DNA of 64,000 bases, from NCBI RefSeq assembly GCF_009914755.1, contig NC_060933.1, one strand, 5' to 3'. Of this stretch, positions 28,355-42,445 are shown piece after piece; positions within the stretch are counted from its first letter, which is position 1, and each line of letters starts with the position of its first letter. The translations under genes were made by a program, and so were the position numbers. Origin of the DNA: the human T2T-CHM13v2.0 reference genome, Homo sapiens. A model generated the notes under the pieces. It was not told the origin of the DNA. It saw only the letters and a list, made by a program, of their open reading frames with translations, and did not search any database.

Positions 28355-28864
28355 TTTGACAGTTAAGTTTATGTGTCAACTCAACTGGGCCGTGGGGTGC
28401 CCAGATACCTGGTTAAATGTTATTTCTGGGTGTATGGGAGAGGGTGTTTCTGGAAGAGATGAGCATTTAAATTGGTAGACTGAGTAAAGCAAATTGTCCT
28501 TCCTAATGTGGATGGGCCTCATCCAATCCATTGAAGGCCTGAATAAAACAAACGGCCAGGTAAAGGAGAATTCTCTCTCTCTCTCTCTCTGTCTGAGTGC
28601 CTTCAAGCCGGGGCACTGGTCTCCTGCCTTCAGACTCAAGCTTGGACTGAAACCTACACCATGGGCACTCCTGCTTCTCAAGCCTTCAGACTTGGACTGG
28701 AACTGTCTACCATCGGCTCTCCTGGGTCCCCAGCTTGCTGACTGCAGATCTTGGGACTCATCAACCTCCATAATTGCATGAGTCAAGTCCTATAAATAGT
28801 AAGTAAATAAATAAATAAATAAATCCTGTTAGTTCTATTTTCTGGAGAACCCTAACCACTATAC
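28355..28864 (+). mobile_element. MLT2B-type ERVL solo LTR
   Basis: ttatgtgtcaact..ggggtgcccagata..ctggagaaccctaa. Confidence 0.88.
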
Positions 28865-29180
28865 TAGACAAGTGGCCCACTCTCCTCTTACTTGTCTCAA
28901 ATTGATTTCTTTAGGTCACATGTTCCAGATGCAGCTAAGAGATGGCGGAGTTTCCATTGCCCTGGGTCCTTGATGTACCAAGTCCCCCTGCTAACTCATG
29001 ACGGACAGGTGGCATGAGAGAGAAAAAAAACTTTTGTTTAATCCTACTGGGATTTGGGGGTGAATTTATTATTACCAAAATTGTAATAGTGGTTATTGTT
29101 GGATAGTATAATTGTGGGAAAAAATTCTTCTGAAAAGGGCAGGTTTTGATCAAACCTTGCTCAGAGTTTACAATCTACAA

Positions 29181-29360
29181 CAGGGGTTGGAAAAGTTCTT
29201 CTGAAAAAGGCCAGATAGTAAATATTTTAGGCTTCGTAGGCCTTGTGGTCTCCATTGCAGCTCTTTAAATATGCTATCGTAGTACTAAAATACCATAGAC
29301 AATACTGAAATGAAAGAGTGTGATGTATTTCAATAAAACTTTGTTATAAAAATAGGCTGT
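29181..29360. mobile_element. MER58A (truncated)
   Basis: caggggttgg..aaggccagatagtaaatattttaggctt. Confidence 0.85.
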
Positions 29361-29361
29361 T

Positions 29362-29781
<420 letters not shown>

Positions 29782-30029
29782 CTAGAACTAGTTACATAAT
29801 TACAGGCAACTGTAATGGGGAGGAGGTTAGAAAATCTCAAGGAGATAAAATGCGACATTTGTGAGCACCACTCTTTGTCACACTAAAAATCACACTAATA
29901 TACAATTTTATTCCTCTCTTTGCCCTTAAAATTGTATTATATATATCATAGGCTTTTCCCCACGCCATTACATCTCTTCATAAACATACATATAAAAGCC
30001 TCCACTCCTAAATCATCACTTTAGGCTTT

Positions 30030-30205
30030 TCCTAAGTATTTTATGTGCATTTTCTTATTTAATTCCTACAACTAGTTTATGAGGAAAATACAATAGTATA
30101 CCCATTTACGGTCCTGAAAACAGAGGCTTAGTGAGCTTAAGCTATCAAGTGGCAGATCTGGGACTCAGGGTTATCAGACTTCAAAGCCCATCCTCTTAGC
30201 CTATA
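30030..30205 (-). mobile_element. MIR
   Basis: aattcctacaac..cccattt..gaaaacagaggcttag. Confidence 0.65.
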
Positions 30206-30299
30206 TGAGGATGAACTAAAGAACTGTGGTCCTGGTGTGAGACACACAACCACTGCAATAGGTTATTGATCAGAAAGTGCATCAGTGGAGTAAAAAAGG

Positions 30300-30580
30300 A
30301 TGCATCAAACCCTAAGGACCCATTATTGCCAGTAACATGTGGACAATAGAATCAATGGCATTGAAACCAATGAAAGCCTGATCAAATTTTCTAATTCTTT
30401 CTCTCTCTTTCTCTGTGAGGTGTTTGGAAAGATAACTGGCCTCTTTGGCTTCATTAAGGCAGCTGGATTCTTGGACCATCTTGGAGAGAAGGAGAATCCT
30501 AGAAACATAATGGACTCCTACTACTCTGGAAATTTGGAGTTTAGCCAGGTTTCAATTGGAAAAAAAATAGAAGAATAGTA
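30300..30580 (+). mobile_element. Possible CR1/L3 RT fragment
   Basis: NQWH..FGKITGL..NIMDSYY..LEFSQV resembles CR1 NQHGF..FDKVT.LVD..VDVIYLDFSKAFD. Confidence 0.35.
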
Positions 30581-31077
30581 AACAGAGGGATCTTCTTTTT
30601 AAAACTTAACTATAGCTATTCTATATTTGATATATGTTCGCTACTTAAAGTAAGGATTTCTAGAGTTAGTGGAGAGCGATCTTTCTCTTTTTGCCATCCT
30701 CACCTGTACACCCAAGGAAGACAAGAAGACATTTATACCCACGGTTGTGGGTTGAATTGTGCACCCTCTCCCAAATATATGTTGAAATCCTAACCCTAGA
30801 TACCTCTAAATGTGACCTTATTTGGAAATAGGGTCTTTGACATGCAATCAATTTAAAATGAGGTCATATTTGATTAAGGTGGGCTCTAGTTTAGTGACTG
30901 GTGTCCAGGTCCATTAAAACCTGTTTTAATGTACAGGTTTCTATTGTATACAAGCTTTAGTATTTTTTACATATTCATGTCTTGTCATGGTAACTCAATA
31001 AATTGTAGGACTCACTGTGTGTCATCATATATCTTAAAATTCATATTGAACTAAAGGATTTATAGTAAAAACACTAG

Positions 31078-31378
31078 CTGGCCAGGTGTGGTGGCTCACA
31101 CCTGTAATCCCAGCATTTTCAAGGCAGGCAGATCGCTTGAGCCCGGGAGTTTGAGACCAGCCTGGCCAACATGACGAAACTCCATCTCTACTAAAAATGC
31201 AAAACATAGCTGGGCATGGTGATGCATGGCTGTAATCCCAGCTACTCGGAAGGCTGAACCATGAGAATTGCTTGAACCCAATAGGCAGCAGTTGCAGTGA
31301 GCCGAGACTGCACCACCTCACTCCAGTCTGGGCGACAGAGCAAGGCTCTGTCTCAAAACAAACAAACAAACAAATAAA
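31078..31378 (+). mobile_element. AluS with (CAAA)n tail
   Basis: Full Alu; TSD aaaacactag. Confidence 0.95.
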
Positions 31379-31524
31379 ACACTAGTAATAAAGTAGTTTA
31401 AATATTACCACCACAACTGTTTTATAAGATGGCAAACTAAACCACATCAAACTTATGCCTGCCAAGTTTTGTTTTAGTAGTAAATCCATTCCTGGAGTAA
31501 TCATAGAGCAAACAGACACATGAG

Positions 31525-31921
31525 AAATAGAAATTTATTATCTCACAGTTCTAGAGGCTAGAAGCTTAAAATCAAGGTATCGGCAGGACGATGCCCTTTG
31601 TGAAGGCTCTAGGGGAGGGTCCTTCCTTGCCTCTTCCTAGCGTCTGGTTGTTGCCGGCCATCCTTGGCATTCTTTGGCTTGTAGACGCATCACCCCATCT
31701 CTGCCTCTGCTGTCACATCGCATTCTTCTTGTCTCTATTTCTCTCTTCTTATAAGGACACCAGTCACTAAACTAGGGCCCACCTTAATGAATCAAATATG
31801 ACCTCATTTTAAATTGATTGCATGTCAAAGACCCTATTTCCAAATAAGGTCACATTTAGAGGTATCTAGGGTTAGGATTTCAACATATATTTGGGAGAGG
31901 GTGCACAATTCAACCCACAAC
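31525..31921 (-). mobile_element. MLT1B/C MaLR LTR
   Basis: gaaatttatt.tctcacagttctagaggctagaag..cacaattcaacccacaaca. Confidence 0.88.
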
Positions 31922-32957
31922 AGTGGGTATAAATGTCTTCTTGTCTTCCTTGGGTGTACAGGTGCGGATGGCAGAAAGAGAAAGATCGCTCTCCACTAAC
32001 TCTAGTGGAAGTCTCCATGTTGAACCTTGATACACTTTTTACCAATAGACTCTGATTTAAATACTGTTACTACAGAGTTAAACACAGTTTCAGCTCTTGA
32101 GCAGGCTTTTGATAGAAAAACTAGGTAGATATACACCATATATAATAGTGTTTACCAATCAATCAATAAAAGGGGCTCCAAGTTCAAACAAACTACCTTA
32201 CAAACTAAATTTTAGCAACCAATTCATTTGAAATTTAGGAATTGCCTATAATTTTGACCATTCTTCATTTTTCTCTCTTTTTTCTAAGGGAAAAGGGTCT
32301 GTTATTTAATATATACTATTTATAAATGCTACAGGAATTTACAATAATCCCTGAACTCAGTGGTTAGCAACTAGTACTAACCAATCCTAAGGAATGGTGA
32401 TGATGACGATGATGATGATGCTGCTGATAATGACAGCAATAAATCTAAGCAGATATTTCTAAAAATGCAAGAGCTTTCTATTTTTATAAGTAACTTTGTA
32501 AAAGTAGATAAATACATTCAAGTGTTTATTATTTCTTACATAATAAGTACAGATAGAGATCTGGAGCTTATTTTAAAAATAAAAAAAAGCAAAGCTCAAA
32601 ATAAATATATTCAGTAGAGAACAATAGTCTTGTAACAATGTAGCCTTTAGCAGAGCACCTTGAAGTGATGAATCATTATCCTTGATGATCTTAAACAAGT
32701 TTACATATAATTAGAGAGACATGGAAGTTAGGGGGCTGGTATTGCTGTTTTACCCAAAAACCTAGCACCAGACATTTAATAAACATTCAGAGATTGTACT
32801 CATATTATGTAAGGATTACAACTATCCTAACAGAAAAAAAAAAACTCTAGTCAAACTGTAAAATGATTTTTCACTTCCGATTCTGAGTCACTTATTGAAA
32901 ATAGCAGGCCAAAAATAAAAGCACACAATCAGGAAAGGAATCAAGCTAATTTTGTTT

Positions 32958-33140
32958 TTTATATATATATATGTATATAAATATATACACACACACACAC
33001 ACACACACAAACTCCTTATTTCCAGAGTAGAAGTCCATTCTTTGTCACTCTCTCCTTCTCCCTCTCCTTATATATATAGAGAGAATCTTTATATATATAC
33101 TTATACATATATTAAGTATATAATTCATACATATGTATAA
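32958..33140. repeat. (TA)n/(CA)n microsatellite and low-complexity tract
   Basis: Visible dinucleotide runs. Confidence 0.9.
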
Positions 33141-33194
33141 TTTGAGTAAAGTTTGTCAGGAATATTCATAAATATGCAGTGATAATGTATTTAG

Positions 33195-33522
33195 GTTTTT
33201 TGGGTTGTGTGTGTGTTTGTTTGTTTATTTGTTTGTTTTTTTTCTGAGACGGAGTCTCGCTCTGTCACCCAGGGTCCCAGTCTGGAGTGCAGTGGCATGA
33301 TCTTGGCTCACTGCAACCTCTGCCTCCTGGGTTCAAGCAATTCTTCTGCCTCAGCCTCCAAGCAGCTGAGATTACAGGCATGTGCCATCATGCCCAGCTA
33401 ATTTTTGTATTTTTAGTAGAGACGGGTTTCACCATGTTGGCCAGGCTGGTCTCAAACTCCCAACCTCAAGCAATCTGCCCGCCTTGGCCTTGGGATTACA
33501 GGCATGAGCCACTGTGCCCGTC
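33195..33522 (-). mobile_element. AluS
   Basis: Antisense Alu. Confidence 0.93.
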
Positions 33523-36500
33523 CAGTTTTTAGCTTTATTATTAATACTTAAACTTTCTAGGGACCAAATTTCATTTAAAATTATCTAGTAGAAGAATCTT
33601 TGGGGTTATATGTTATTTGATACATACTACTCTTTTATTCTAAAAAAATGAAAATCAAACAGAACTACCATTTCCCAAAATCCTGGCTGCTTATTGCTAG
33701 TACCCTATACCTATTAGGCATAACCTTGCTTGATTCCAATATCTGGCTGTTCCTCTCTAATCTAAACACTGAAATGTCTTACTACTTCAACCCTCTATTC
33801 CTCAGTATCTAATCCTGGGTTCCCATCCCTACTGCTTTTCTCTTGAGACTTGACATGATTAAGACCCGATGTGCTCAGCTTCATGTGATCACTTCTCCAA
33901 TGGAATAAAGTGCAGGTAAGCAATTATCTTAGACCAAAGGAACAAAATAAAACAAAACAGAACTCTTCCTTAGCAGAAGCAACTGTAATTGCAAGATTTG
34001 AATTTACCAAGTGATGCTTCAGCTGTGTCCATCCCTCTTCTTACTCACTTACCCTCTATTCTGATCACTTTGTTACCATGGCCTAGGAGCCCAATCACAA
34101 TTACATCTCCAAGGGGTGAGTACCATTCTTCCTGGGTTGCTTGGATGCTACTGCTCAGCCTACAAGCCCCATGTTACTAGGCTTTGAAACAGGTTCTATC
34201 TATTTCCTCCATTCTGTTCTAAACCCACTGAAAAAACCTCTGATATATAGATAAGGGTATAAAAACCTCTCTTCCCTATGAATTCTAGAAGATGCCAAAC
34301 CTCCAAAAATATATACTAGTTTTCCTTAAATCCCGCAGGTTTAAATAGCTCTATCCCTTCAGCTACCAATTCTGTCTGATTCATAAATTTTATTTTGCCT
34401 GTTTTGCACAGAAGCTCTCTGTTGCTGTCACCATAACTCATCAAATCTGCAGGCACTGACTCCAATAAATATCATTTATCCACAGAGCCCATGGATCAAG
34501 TCTCAGCCAGATTTCCTAACCCGTTTGGTGTTCCTGCTTCTGTGGAATGAAAGAGGAGCCACAATGGTTTGGTGAATTGGTCAAGTCTGGAAAAATTAGT
34601 GCACGTCACACCAAGAAGGTAAGGAGCTTGTAGAAAATTCAGTACCACTTTGCTCAGAGAAATTTAAGAAAAAATCAACTCAGTAGCAATAAATATAATG
34701 CTGTTTCTTTGGATCCCTTACATGTGAGAGACCAAGAATCCAAATGGAGGCAGAAATGGGATAGGATGGTCAAATCTCAAGAAAGCCATGATAGTCTTAG
34801 AGCACACCTCTATAAGCCTGAATCCCTGGCATGATCTAATAGTTGGAAAACTCTGCTTGAGTATCACTAGGCAAGCAGGACCTTTGCCCACAGACTAGCG
34901 TGCTCAAATGTACAAGGTCAGTGATAAATAATATCTAGAGAATGATGCCAACTAAAGTGTTTCTTCTCAAACAGGTCTGAAATTGCTTACAATTGAAAAT
35001 ACATACCATCTAAATATAGTCCTATATGTAGATAGACATATCATTGTTAAAGTGAAGAAATAAAATCTATTAGTGAAATTATTACCAGTCTTTGCCATGT
35101 CCAATCTCATAGTTCTGGCCACTTGCCTTGGCATGATGGATGGAGCTTATAATGGAAGAATTATATCCACCAAGAAGCATTGTATTATAAGCTTGATGCA
35201 AGAGCAACTTTCCTCACTTGGAAAATTAAATTATCTGAATTAGCAGCCACCAGCCTGTTGGGAGGGTAGTGTAGAAGGACATTACTCATTAAGAACAGAT
35301 AATGACATAATCACAACTACTGGCTCTACAAATGCTATAGAAACAGATTTTCCTTTTTAATTCACCTCTCCCTGCTAATGAAACTGAACATGATAGGCAT
35401 TATTTCTTGTCAACACCCGTGGTGTTGAGCTTTGGCCATATGTGGAAAGACTAATATTTATAAATAATGTTGAATGAGCTGTAGCACCACATGATAATTA
35501 CATTCTGAAAACTGAGTTTATGCTAACGTGGGATAACCATGACACTCAAAGAGCTGCCTTAGGTAAATATACAACCCAGCAGCTGTCTGTTCACATCTCC
35601 ACACTATGAGGCAAAAAAAAAAAAAAAAAATCCCATTGCTAATCAACAACAGAAGTTACACATAAACAGTGCTTATTATACATGAGTTTAATATATGATA
35701 AAGATCACAAATTAGTGCAGAAAAGAAGTAATACACAATAAACAATGCTGTTATAAATGTGCACATCTGTAGCTCATAGATTTCAGATGGATAATAGTTA
35801 TATGTAGAAATCAAACTTGATAATGCCTATAGGAATATATAAAGAATTATACATAAAAAATGTGCCATGGGAAAAGGTTATGAAACTAATCTTAAAAGTC
35901 TTGGAAGAGTTTTTGAAGTTTTTGAAGATTAATACATTTAACCCCATAAAACTGTTAAAGTTCCATATTCCCTAAAAGTGCAAAATCAAGAAATAAAAGG
36001 CAAATATAAATGGGAAAATATACAGCAAATATGACTGAAAAGGAGTTGATATATCCATAGAATGCACAGATTGGTAAGAAAAACCCTAAAATTTCAATAA
36101 ATAAATCATAAGTGACAGCAGTAGGTAATTCACAAAGCGAAAAAGGCAAACAGCTAACAAACATATTGAAAAATGTTAAATCCCACTTATCAAAAAATAA
36201 AAATTTGAATGATTATTTTTTGCCTACCCAATTAGCAATAATTTTTAAAAAGAATATTCAATTCTACTTCACCACTATTAGAATTAGTAGAAAAGAATCA
36301 AACAGAGGAAATGAGACATGCTGATCATAAGGGGAAAATATTTAAGGATCTCCTCCGGCAAAAGGAGAAATGCCATAGGGAATTAACTACCTTCTGTCAC
36401 ACTCTAAGCAGTGCTGATGTCAGAGGTCCTGTTTTGTTTCCATCTACAATCCTAGGTCTCCTTCCCTCAGATGTATGTTCTGGACCTTGCCTTTCAAATC

Positions 36501-37339
36501 CATAACCATCAAGCCTTATCCATGCTATACCTAATTGTCAGTTTTCCATGCTCTTTGACCTTAATACCTGATGTAGTATCTCCCAGTCATTTTGATGGAG
36601 TCCTAACCTCTGTTGGCTGTTCTGAACTTGACTCCTTTTCCTGCTTACATGATATATGCTCCTTCTATCTAATAGAATGCCCAGTCTTGGCCTCCTCTGC
36701 CCAACCTGACATGTTCCTATTCAAATTGTAGTATGGCATTATCCATACCATAGTGATAATAAAAGTAGCTAACTCTATTGTATACTTTCTATGATCAGGC
36801 ATCATGTTAAATGCTTTACATACATTATTCAATTGAGTTTTTATAAGCCTCTGAGATGAGTAGGTACAAATATTTTTATTTTATCTATGACGGCTACAAT
36901 AAGAGACTCGCCCAGTCTCACACAGCTGCTGATTGCAACCCAAATCCATTTGACTTCAAAGTGCTCCCTACAGCATCCCTGGGAACCAGGGGCTTTTACT
37001 ACATAGAACACAGCTGAAGGCCACAATTTAAGTCACAGAATAAATCTCTATTATAGCAAACAATGTACATATAAAGCCCTACTGTATTTACAGCATCTAG
37101 CTGTAGGGAAATCAAGTATTTCCTGGAAAACAAGTCTGTACTGAAATAAACAGTCTTATATTATTTTTTATAAACCCTGTTATTTTCTATGGCTTTTCTA
37201 GAAATAGTAACTAACAGATTAAAACAAAAACAAACAAAAAATGCCATATTATCCCATAATACTGAAAGGCTACTGACTGGCGGGAGAGCATAGTCAACTA
37301 TGAAACCAGATAGTAGTATGCCCAGATGTTGAGTGAAGC

Positions 37340-38490
37340 TTTTCCTATGCCTCCAGAACTGGCACAGGAGTTATAGATGAGGTCTACAGGCACTGGGTCT
37401 CCATATCTAAAGGGAAAGTCGTATTCCCCCAGAAATTACTAGTAGGTAAAACCAACTCTATCACTGACAGCCATTAACCCTACCCTCACAGTCCATGTAA
37501 GAAGCCTGGGGAGGCAGAGGAGAGTGGTGAGAGTCCCCAGCCTTGGGTAGAGTATAGTGATGGCAGTAAGGAAATCTTTCTCCTCTCCCATAAAGCCACG
37601 TGTGTTCAGGGGAATGGGAATGCCCTGCTCCAGGAGAATACCCTGCAGATCTGCGGGTGGCTACGAGACAGGGAGCCCACCAGCATCTCACTACCCAGTG
37701 AGTAGAGCAGAGTGAAGCCCAGTGAGAGAGTTCTAGGGAGACCTTGGCCAGAAGATGGAGGCATACACTTGAACACAGAGACTTGTGCCCACTTTCGCTG
37801 CAGATTTGTGAAGGCAAGAGGCTTATTGGAGTAGTCCTGCAGCAGCACATCAAGGAAAAGGTATAGCATAGTATTCCTGGGAAGAAAAGGGTGTGTGGCA
37901 TCTCCACCCTGGCTTCACAACAGAAGGTATGGAAGAAAATCTCAGTGGTTTCCATCAGACTACAACAAGGACTACAGAGCAGAGGAGGGACAAAAAGGAG
38001 TACCCAGACAGACAGGACAAACAAGGTGGCATCCTACCAAAGAGGGGACTGAAGGTAGGGACCACAGCAGTGCTGCCCCCCATCTCCCCCGCTAAGAAAG
38101 CCCTCATTGACAGAGGAGATCAGGTTGACCTGAACAAGAAATCATCACAAGAAGACCATTATATCAGCAAGTCCACCAGAAGCAGAGAGAACCAGAGTAA
38201 CCGGAGTAAGACCCAGGGCACTTTCCCACAACTGGCAGGTGGCCAAGTGTCTAAGAGTTTGTTATCTCCTCTAAGCACCCCCTACCTGCCTCAATCCTGG
38301 ACAACCTATGTGTACAGAGAGAAGGGGAGGAGAGATATCTTAGATGCAGTCTCTCTGTCTCTCACCCCCTCTCTTTCTCCATACCCGCTCCAATCCACTC
38401 TTTGGGTCCCGCAAGCAATAGGTTAAGGGAAGAATTTTAAATTGGATATGAGTTTGGAGTTTTAAACTGTATTGGATGGAACTTTGCTCA
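37340..38490 (+). mobile_element. Ancient LTR, probably gypsy-type (MamGypLTR/LTR85-like)
   Basis: GA-rich ~1.1 kb block ending tttaaattggatatgag.ttg.agttttaaactg..ggaacttt, recalled from mammalian gypsy LTRs. Confidence 0.4.
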
Positions 38491-38499
38491 TCAAAAATG

Positions 38500-38860
38500 A
38501 CTGGAATGTCAGTGGTTGCTAGGAGTTACAGAGGAGGGAGGGATGAACAGGTAGAGTACACAGGATGTTTGGGGCTGTGAAAATACTCTATATGATACTA
38601 TATTGGTAAATAAATGTCGTTTTATATTCGTCCAAACCCATAGAATGTACACCAAGAGTAAACATTAATGTAAACTATGGACTTTGGTTGATGATGTGTC
38701 AATGTAGGTTCATTGATTGTAACAAATGTACCACTTTGGTGGGAAATGTTGATAAGGAGGAAGCTATACAAGTGTCAGGGCAGGAGGCATATGGGAAATT
38801 ACTGTATCTACCTCTCAGTTTTAATGTGATCCTAAAACTACTCTACAAAAATAAAGTCTT
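38500..38860 (+). mobile_element. L1MC1-type 3' end
   Basis: gtccaaacccatagaatgtac..taatgtaaactatggactttgg. Confidence 0.88.
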
Positions 38861-39176
38861 GGCTGGGCGCAGTGGCTTACACCTGTAATCCCAGCACTTT
38901 GGGAGGCCGGGGCAGATGGATTACTTGAGGTCAGGAGTTTGAGACCAGCCTAGCCAACATGGTGAAACCCCATCTCTACTAAAGACACAAAAATTAGCTG
39001 GGCATGGTGGTGGGCGCCTATAATCCCAGCTACTCAGGAGGCTGAGGCACGAGAATCGCTTGAACCTGGAGGCGGGTGTTGGTGTTGCAGTGAGCTGAGA
39101 TTGTGCCACTGTACTCCAGCCTGGGTGATAGAGCAAGACTCAGTCTCAAAAATAAAAATAAAAAATAAAAAAATAA
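38861..39176 (+). mobile_element. AluS
   Basis: Full Alu; TSD aaaataaagt(c/a)tt. Confidence 0.95.
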
Positions 39177-41875
39177 AGTATTTTAAAATGTGCCTGGCAC
39201 GTGGTCAGCACTCAATTAATATTTATATAATAAATCAATGAATTGATGTCTTTTACGGAAAATTTAACCCAAAACAATACTTTTGTTTAGTGTCAATAAA
39301 GTATTATCGACATTTAAAAAAGGAATTAACTGTTGATATATACAACTATAAGGACTGACCTCAAAATCATTATGGCAAATCAAAGTCTCTCTCAGATTTT
39401 AAAAAATAGTTCATGCTGTATGATTCCATTCCTATAAAATTCTAGAAAATGCAAACTGCTCTATTGTAATAGAAAGCGTATCAGTGTCTGGGGGAAGGGG
39501 TGAAGGGAGAAATGGATTATAAAAGGGCACCAGGAAACTCGGAGAAATGGAAATGTTCATTATTTTGGTAGTAGTGATGTTTTCACAGGTGTAGACCTAT
39601 TCAAAACCTATCAAATTGTATCCTTTAAATATGTGCAGTTTATTGTAAGTCATTTATATCTCAATTAAAAGTTAAAATATTTAATGATCAGAATGTTTGA
39701 GTACCTACTTAAGATGCCGGGAAAAGGAGAGTCTACAGAGTTTAGTAGAAAGAAGTGATGGAGAAAAAATTAAGTTCTTAATATATCCCAACTAAGTTGT
39801 CATTAAATAGGTTACATTCTAATACACTCTACTGAAAGGACTCATTTCAGAACCTTACCAAAAGTAACCCAATTTAGAGGACCGTGTGCAAGCATGGCTG
39901 GGGTGCACTCTAGTTTTCTCGTCTTCTTGTTTGAAAAATAAATTAGTTAATACAATTTCCCTTCTATGATATTCTGTCTGAAATCAAATCAAAGAAATAA
40001 GTCATATTTATGCACAGCAGATAAACTTGAAATGGGACCTACAACCCCCTTCCTTGTGAGTCATCTTAATAACTACAGAAAGCTGTGACCCGGTGTTTCC
40101 AGGAGAACCATCTCTCTGCTGTGCAGATGAGTCATGAGAAAACTGGCCAAGGATGCTTGACAGCTTCAAACCACCTCCCATGGAGCTGGCCATTTTCTTT
40201 CTGTTCATCCTTATTCTTTTTTTTCTCATATTTCTTTCCAAAATTCATTCTTATTTGAATTACGAATTAGTATAACAAGAATATCCTACCTACTACCCTA
40301 AGAAAAGGACAATAAGAACTTTCAAAAATTACTGTAACTACAGTGATTCAATTATGTTTCCTACTTATAAAAGTAAAATGGATTTTTTTTCCTCCACCAG
40401 AAAACAGTCCAGATTCCCAACAGTCTCCAGTCTTAGTTTGATACCATAATTGCCATAAATAAATTTCTTACGCACTAAAACCAGTTTTGCCCTTTTCCCA
40501 GGAGGCTTTTGTAAAGCTCAACATAAATTCAGCTATCTCATATGATGCAATTGTGATTTAGGAAAAGCAAAGACCATCATCAATACACAGTTTCATCCTC
40601 CCACACCCACAGCCCAATCTAACTGCCGCCAAGTCCCCAAACCCTGAAACTCCCACCCACAAGCTGCCAAACCCTCTGGTTGCCCTATCACTGGCAGATG
40701 CTACGATGCTCTGTCAGTAAAAGGTTTGTGAGAAACTGAAAAGTGTACAAAATCAAACAGAATGCAGAGACATTTTTACTGAATTTAGTATTTTGGGATT
40801 CTAGAATACTTAATGTTTAAGAATTGAAAGATTTGAGGATCCATAGCCCTGTGTTTCTGTATTTGGCGACTGCAAAATAGTTACTACCTGGTTACCCCAA
40901 AAGGAATGAGAGATGGCAGTTTGTGAAGACTTTGAACTTGCCCCATGAAAAGCATCATATACATACAACTCTGTAAATATAAAATAATTTCGGTCACTGG
41001 GAGGCTGGCATCTGCCATGGTCATTATTCTACATTTAAGCAGTGCAGTGAATACTCATAAGTAGAGTGATGTCATTCTGCCTAGGGGGAAGCCGTATTCC
41101 ACTGTCATCACGCATAATAGATCGAGCTGTGCTTAAGGTGGCTTAGTGACATAGCAAACTGAAATGCCATGACCATGGTCATATTAATCCTAAAGAACTC
41201 ACTAAGGGCCTTCACCAAATCCTGTAATTTTTATTTCATGCTGAAAAGCAATCCTGATACTCTGAGCCCCTCATTTTACATATGGGAAAACTAAGGCCCA
41301 GGAATTTTAAAGATTTACCTGCATCAAGTAATCAGATAGCAAGATTACCTAAAATCTAGACTTTTAAATTCCTAGCCTTGCACTCTCCTCACCCCCTTTC
41401 TCTGTTGCCTAGTGTAATACAAACCCACTGTTTCCACAGACACTTTTCCCATCCAAGTCTCACCTCTGTGCTACTACTCATATACCTCAAATTATCAAAG
41501 CTGCCTCTGATTGCTTGAGCTGAATGAACATCTCTTTTTCCGATTCCTAGCACAATCCTTGCTGGCACAGCACTGCCTTCTCTTAATTTTGATGTGAACC
41601 TAAAACTGTTCTGAAAAAATAGACTTAAAAAAAGTACCTGGCATATGGTTGGCACTCAATTAATATTTGTAAAATAAATCAATGAATAGGTGTCTTTTAT
41701 GCAAAAATCAACCAAAAACAATAGTTTTGTTTAATTAGTTTCAATAAAGTACTATCAACATTAAAAAAAGGAATGACCTATTGATATATACAACTATAAG
41801 GACTTATCTCAAAATCATTATGGTAAATCAAAGTCTCAGATTTTAAAAAATAGTACATGCTGTATGATTCAGTTC

Positions 41876-42445
41876 TTTTATTTTATTTTTCCGTAAGTTA
41901 TTGGGGTACAGGTGGTATTTGATTACATGAGTAAGTTCTTTAGTGGTGATTTGTGAGATTTTGGTGCACCCATCACCCGAGCAGTATACACTGCACCATA
42001 TTTGTAGTCTTTTATCCCTCGCCCCCTCCCACTCTTCCCCCCAAGTCCCCAAAGTCCATTGTATCATTCTTATGCCTTTGTATCTCATAGTTTAGTCCCC
42101 ACATATCAGTGAGAACATACAATGTTTGGTTTTTCATTCCTGAGTTACATCTCTTAGGATAATAATAGTCCCCAATATCATCCAGGTCACTGCATCACTG
42201 CAAATGCTGTTAATTCATTCCTTTTGTGGCTGCATAGTATTCCATCACATATATATATATATCACAGTTTCTTTATCCACTCATCGATTGATGGGTATTT
42301 GGGTTGCTTCCACGATTTTGCAATTGTGAATTGTGCTGCTATAAACATGCACGTGCAAGTATCTTTTTCAAATAATGACTTTTTTTCCTCTGGGTAGATA
42401 CCCAGTAGTGGGATTGCTGGATCAAATGGTAGTTCTACTTTTAGT
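41876..42445 (-). mobile_element. L1PB1-type 3' fragment
   Basis: ttattggggtacaggtggtattt..; TSD tgtatgattca (41861 / 42446). Confidence 0.92.

Larger units (their letters stand above)
30660..32005. repeat. Inverted duplication, arms 30660-30906 and 31755-32005
   Basis: The arms differ by about 4 substitutions and one 4-bp indel; ORFs 30666..30851(-) and 31814..31999(+) are near-identical. Confidence 0.97.

Noticed and set aside
37461-38426. 187-aa and 177-aa ORFs as genes
   Set aside because: Overlapping on opposite strands in LTR-like GA-rich DNA; no domain, promoter or splice context
41169-41182. 14-bp palindrome atgaccatggtcat as an estrogen response element
   Set aside because: Half-sites are everted, not GGTCAnnnTGACC; an isolated short palindrome
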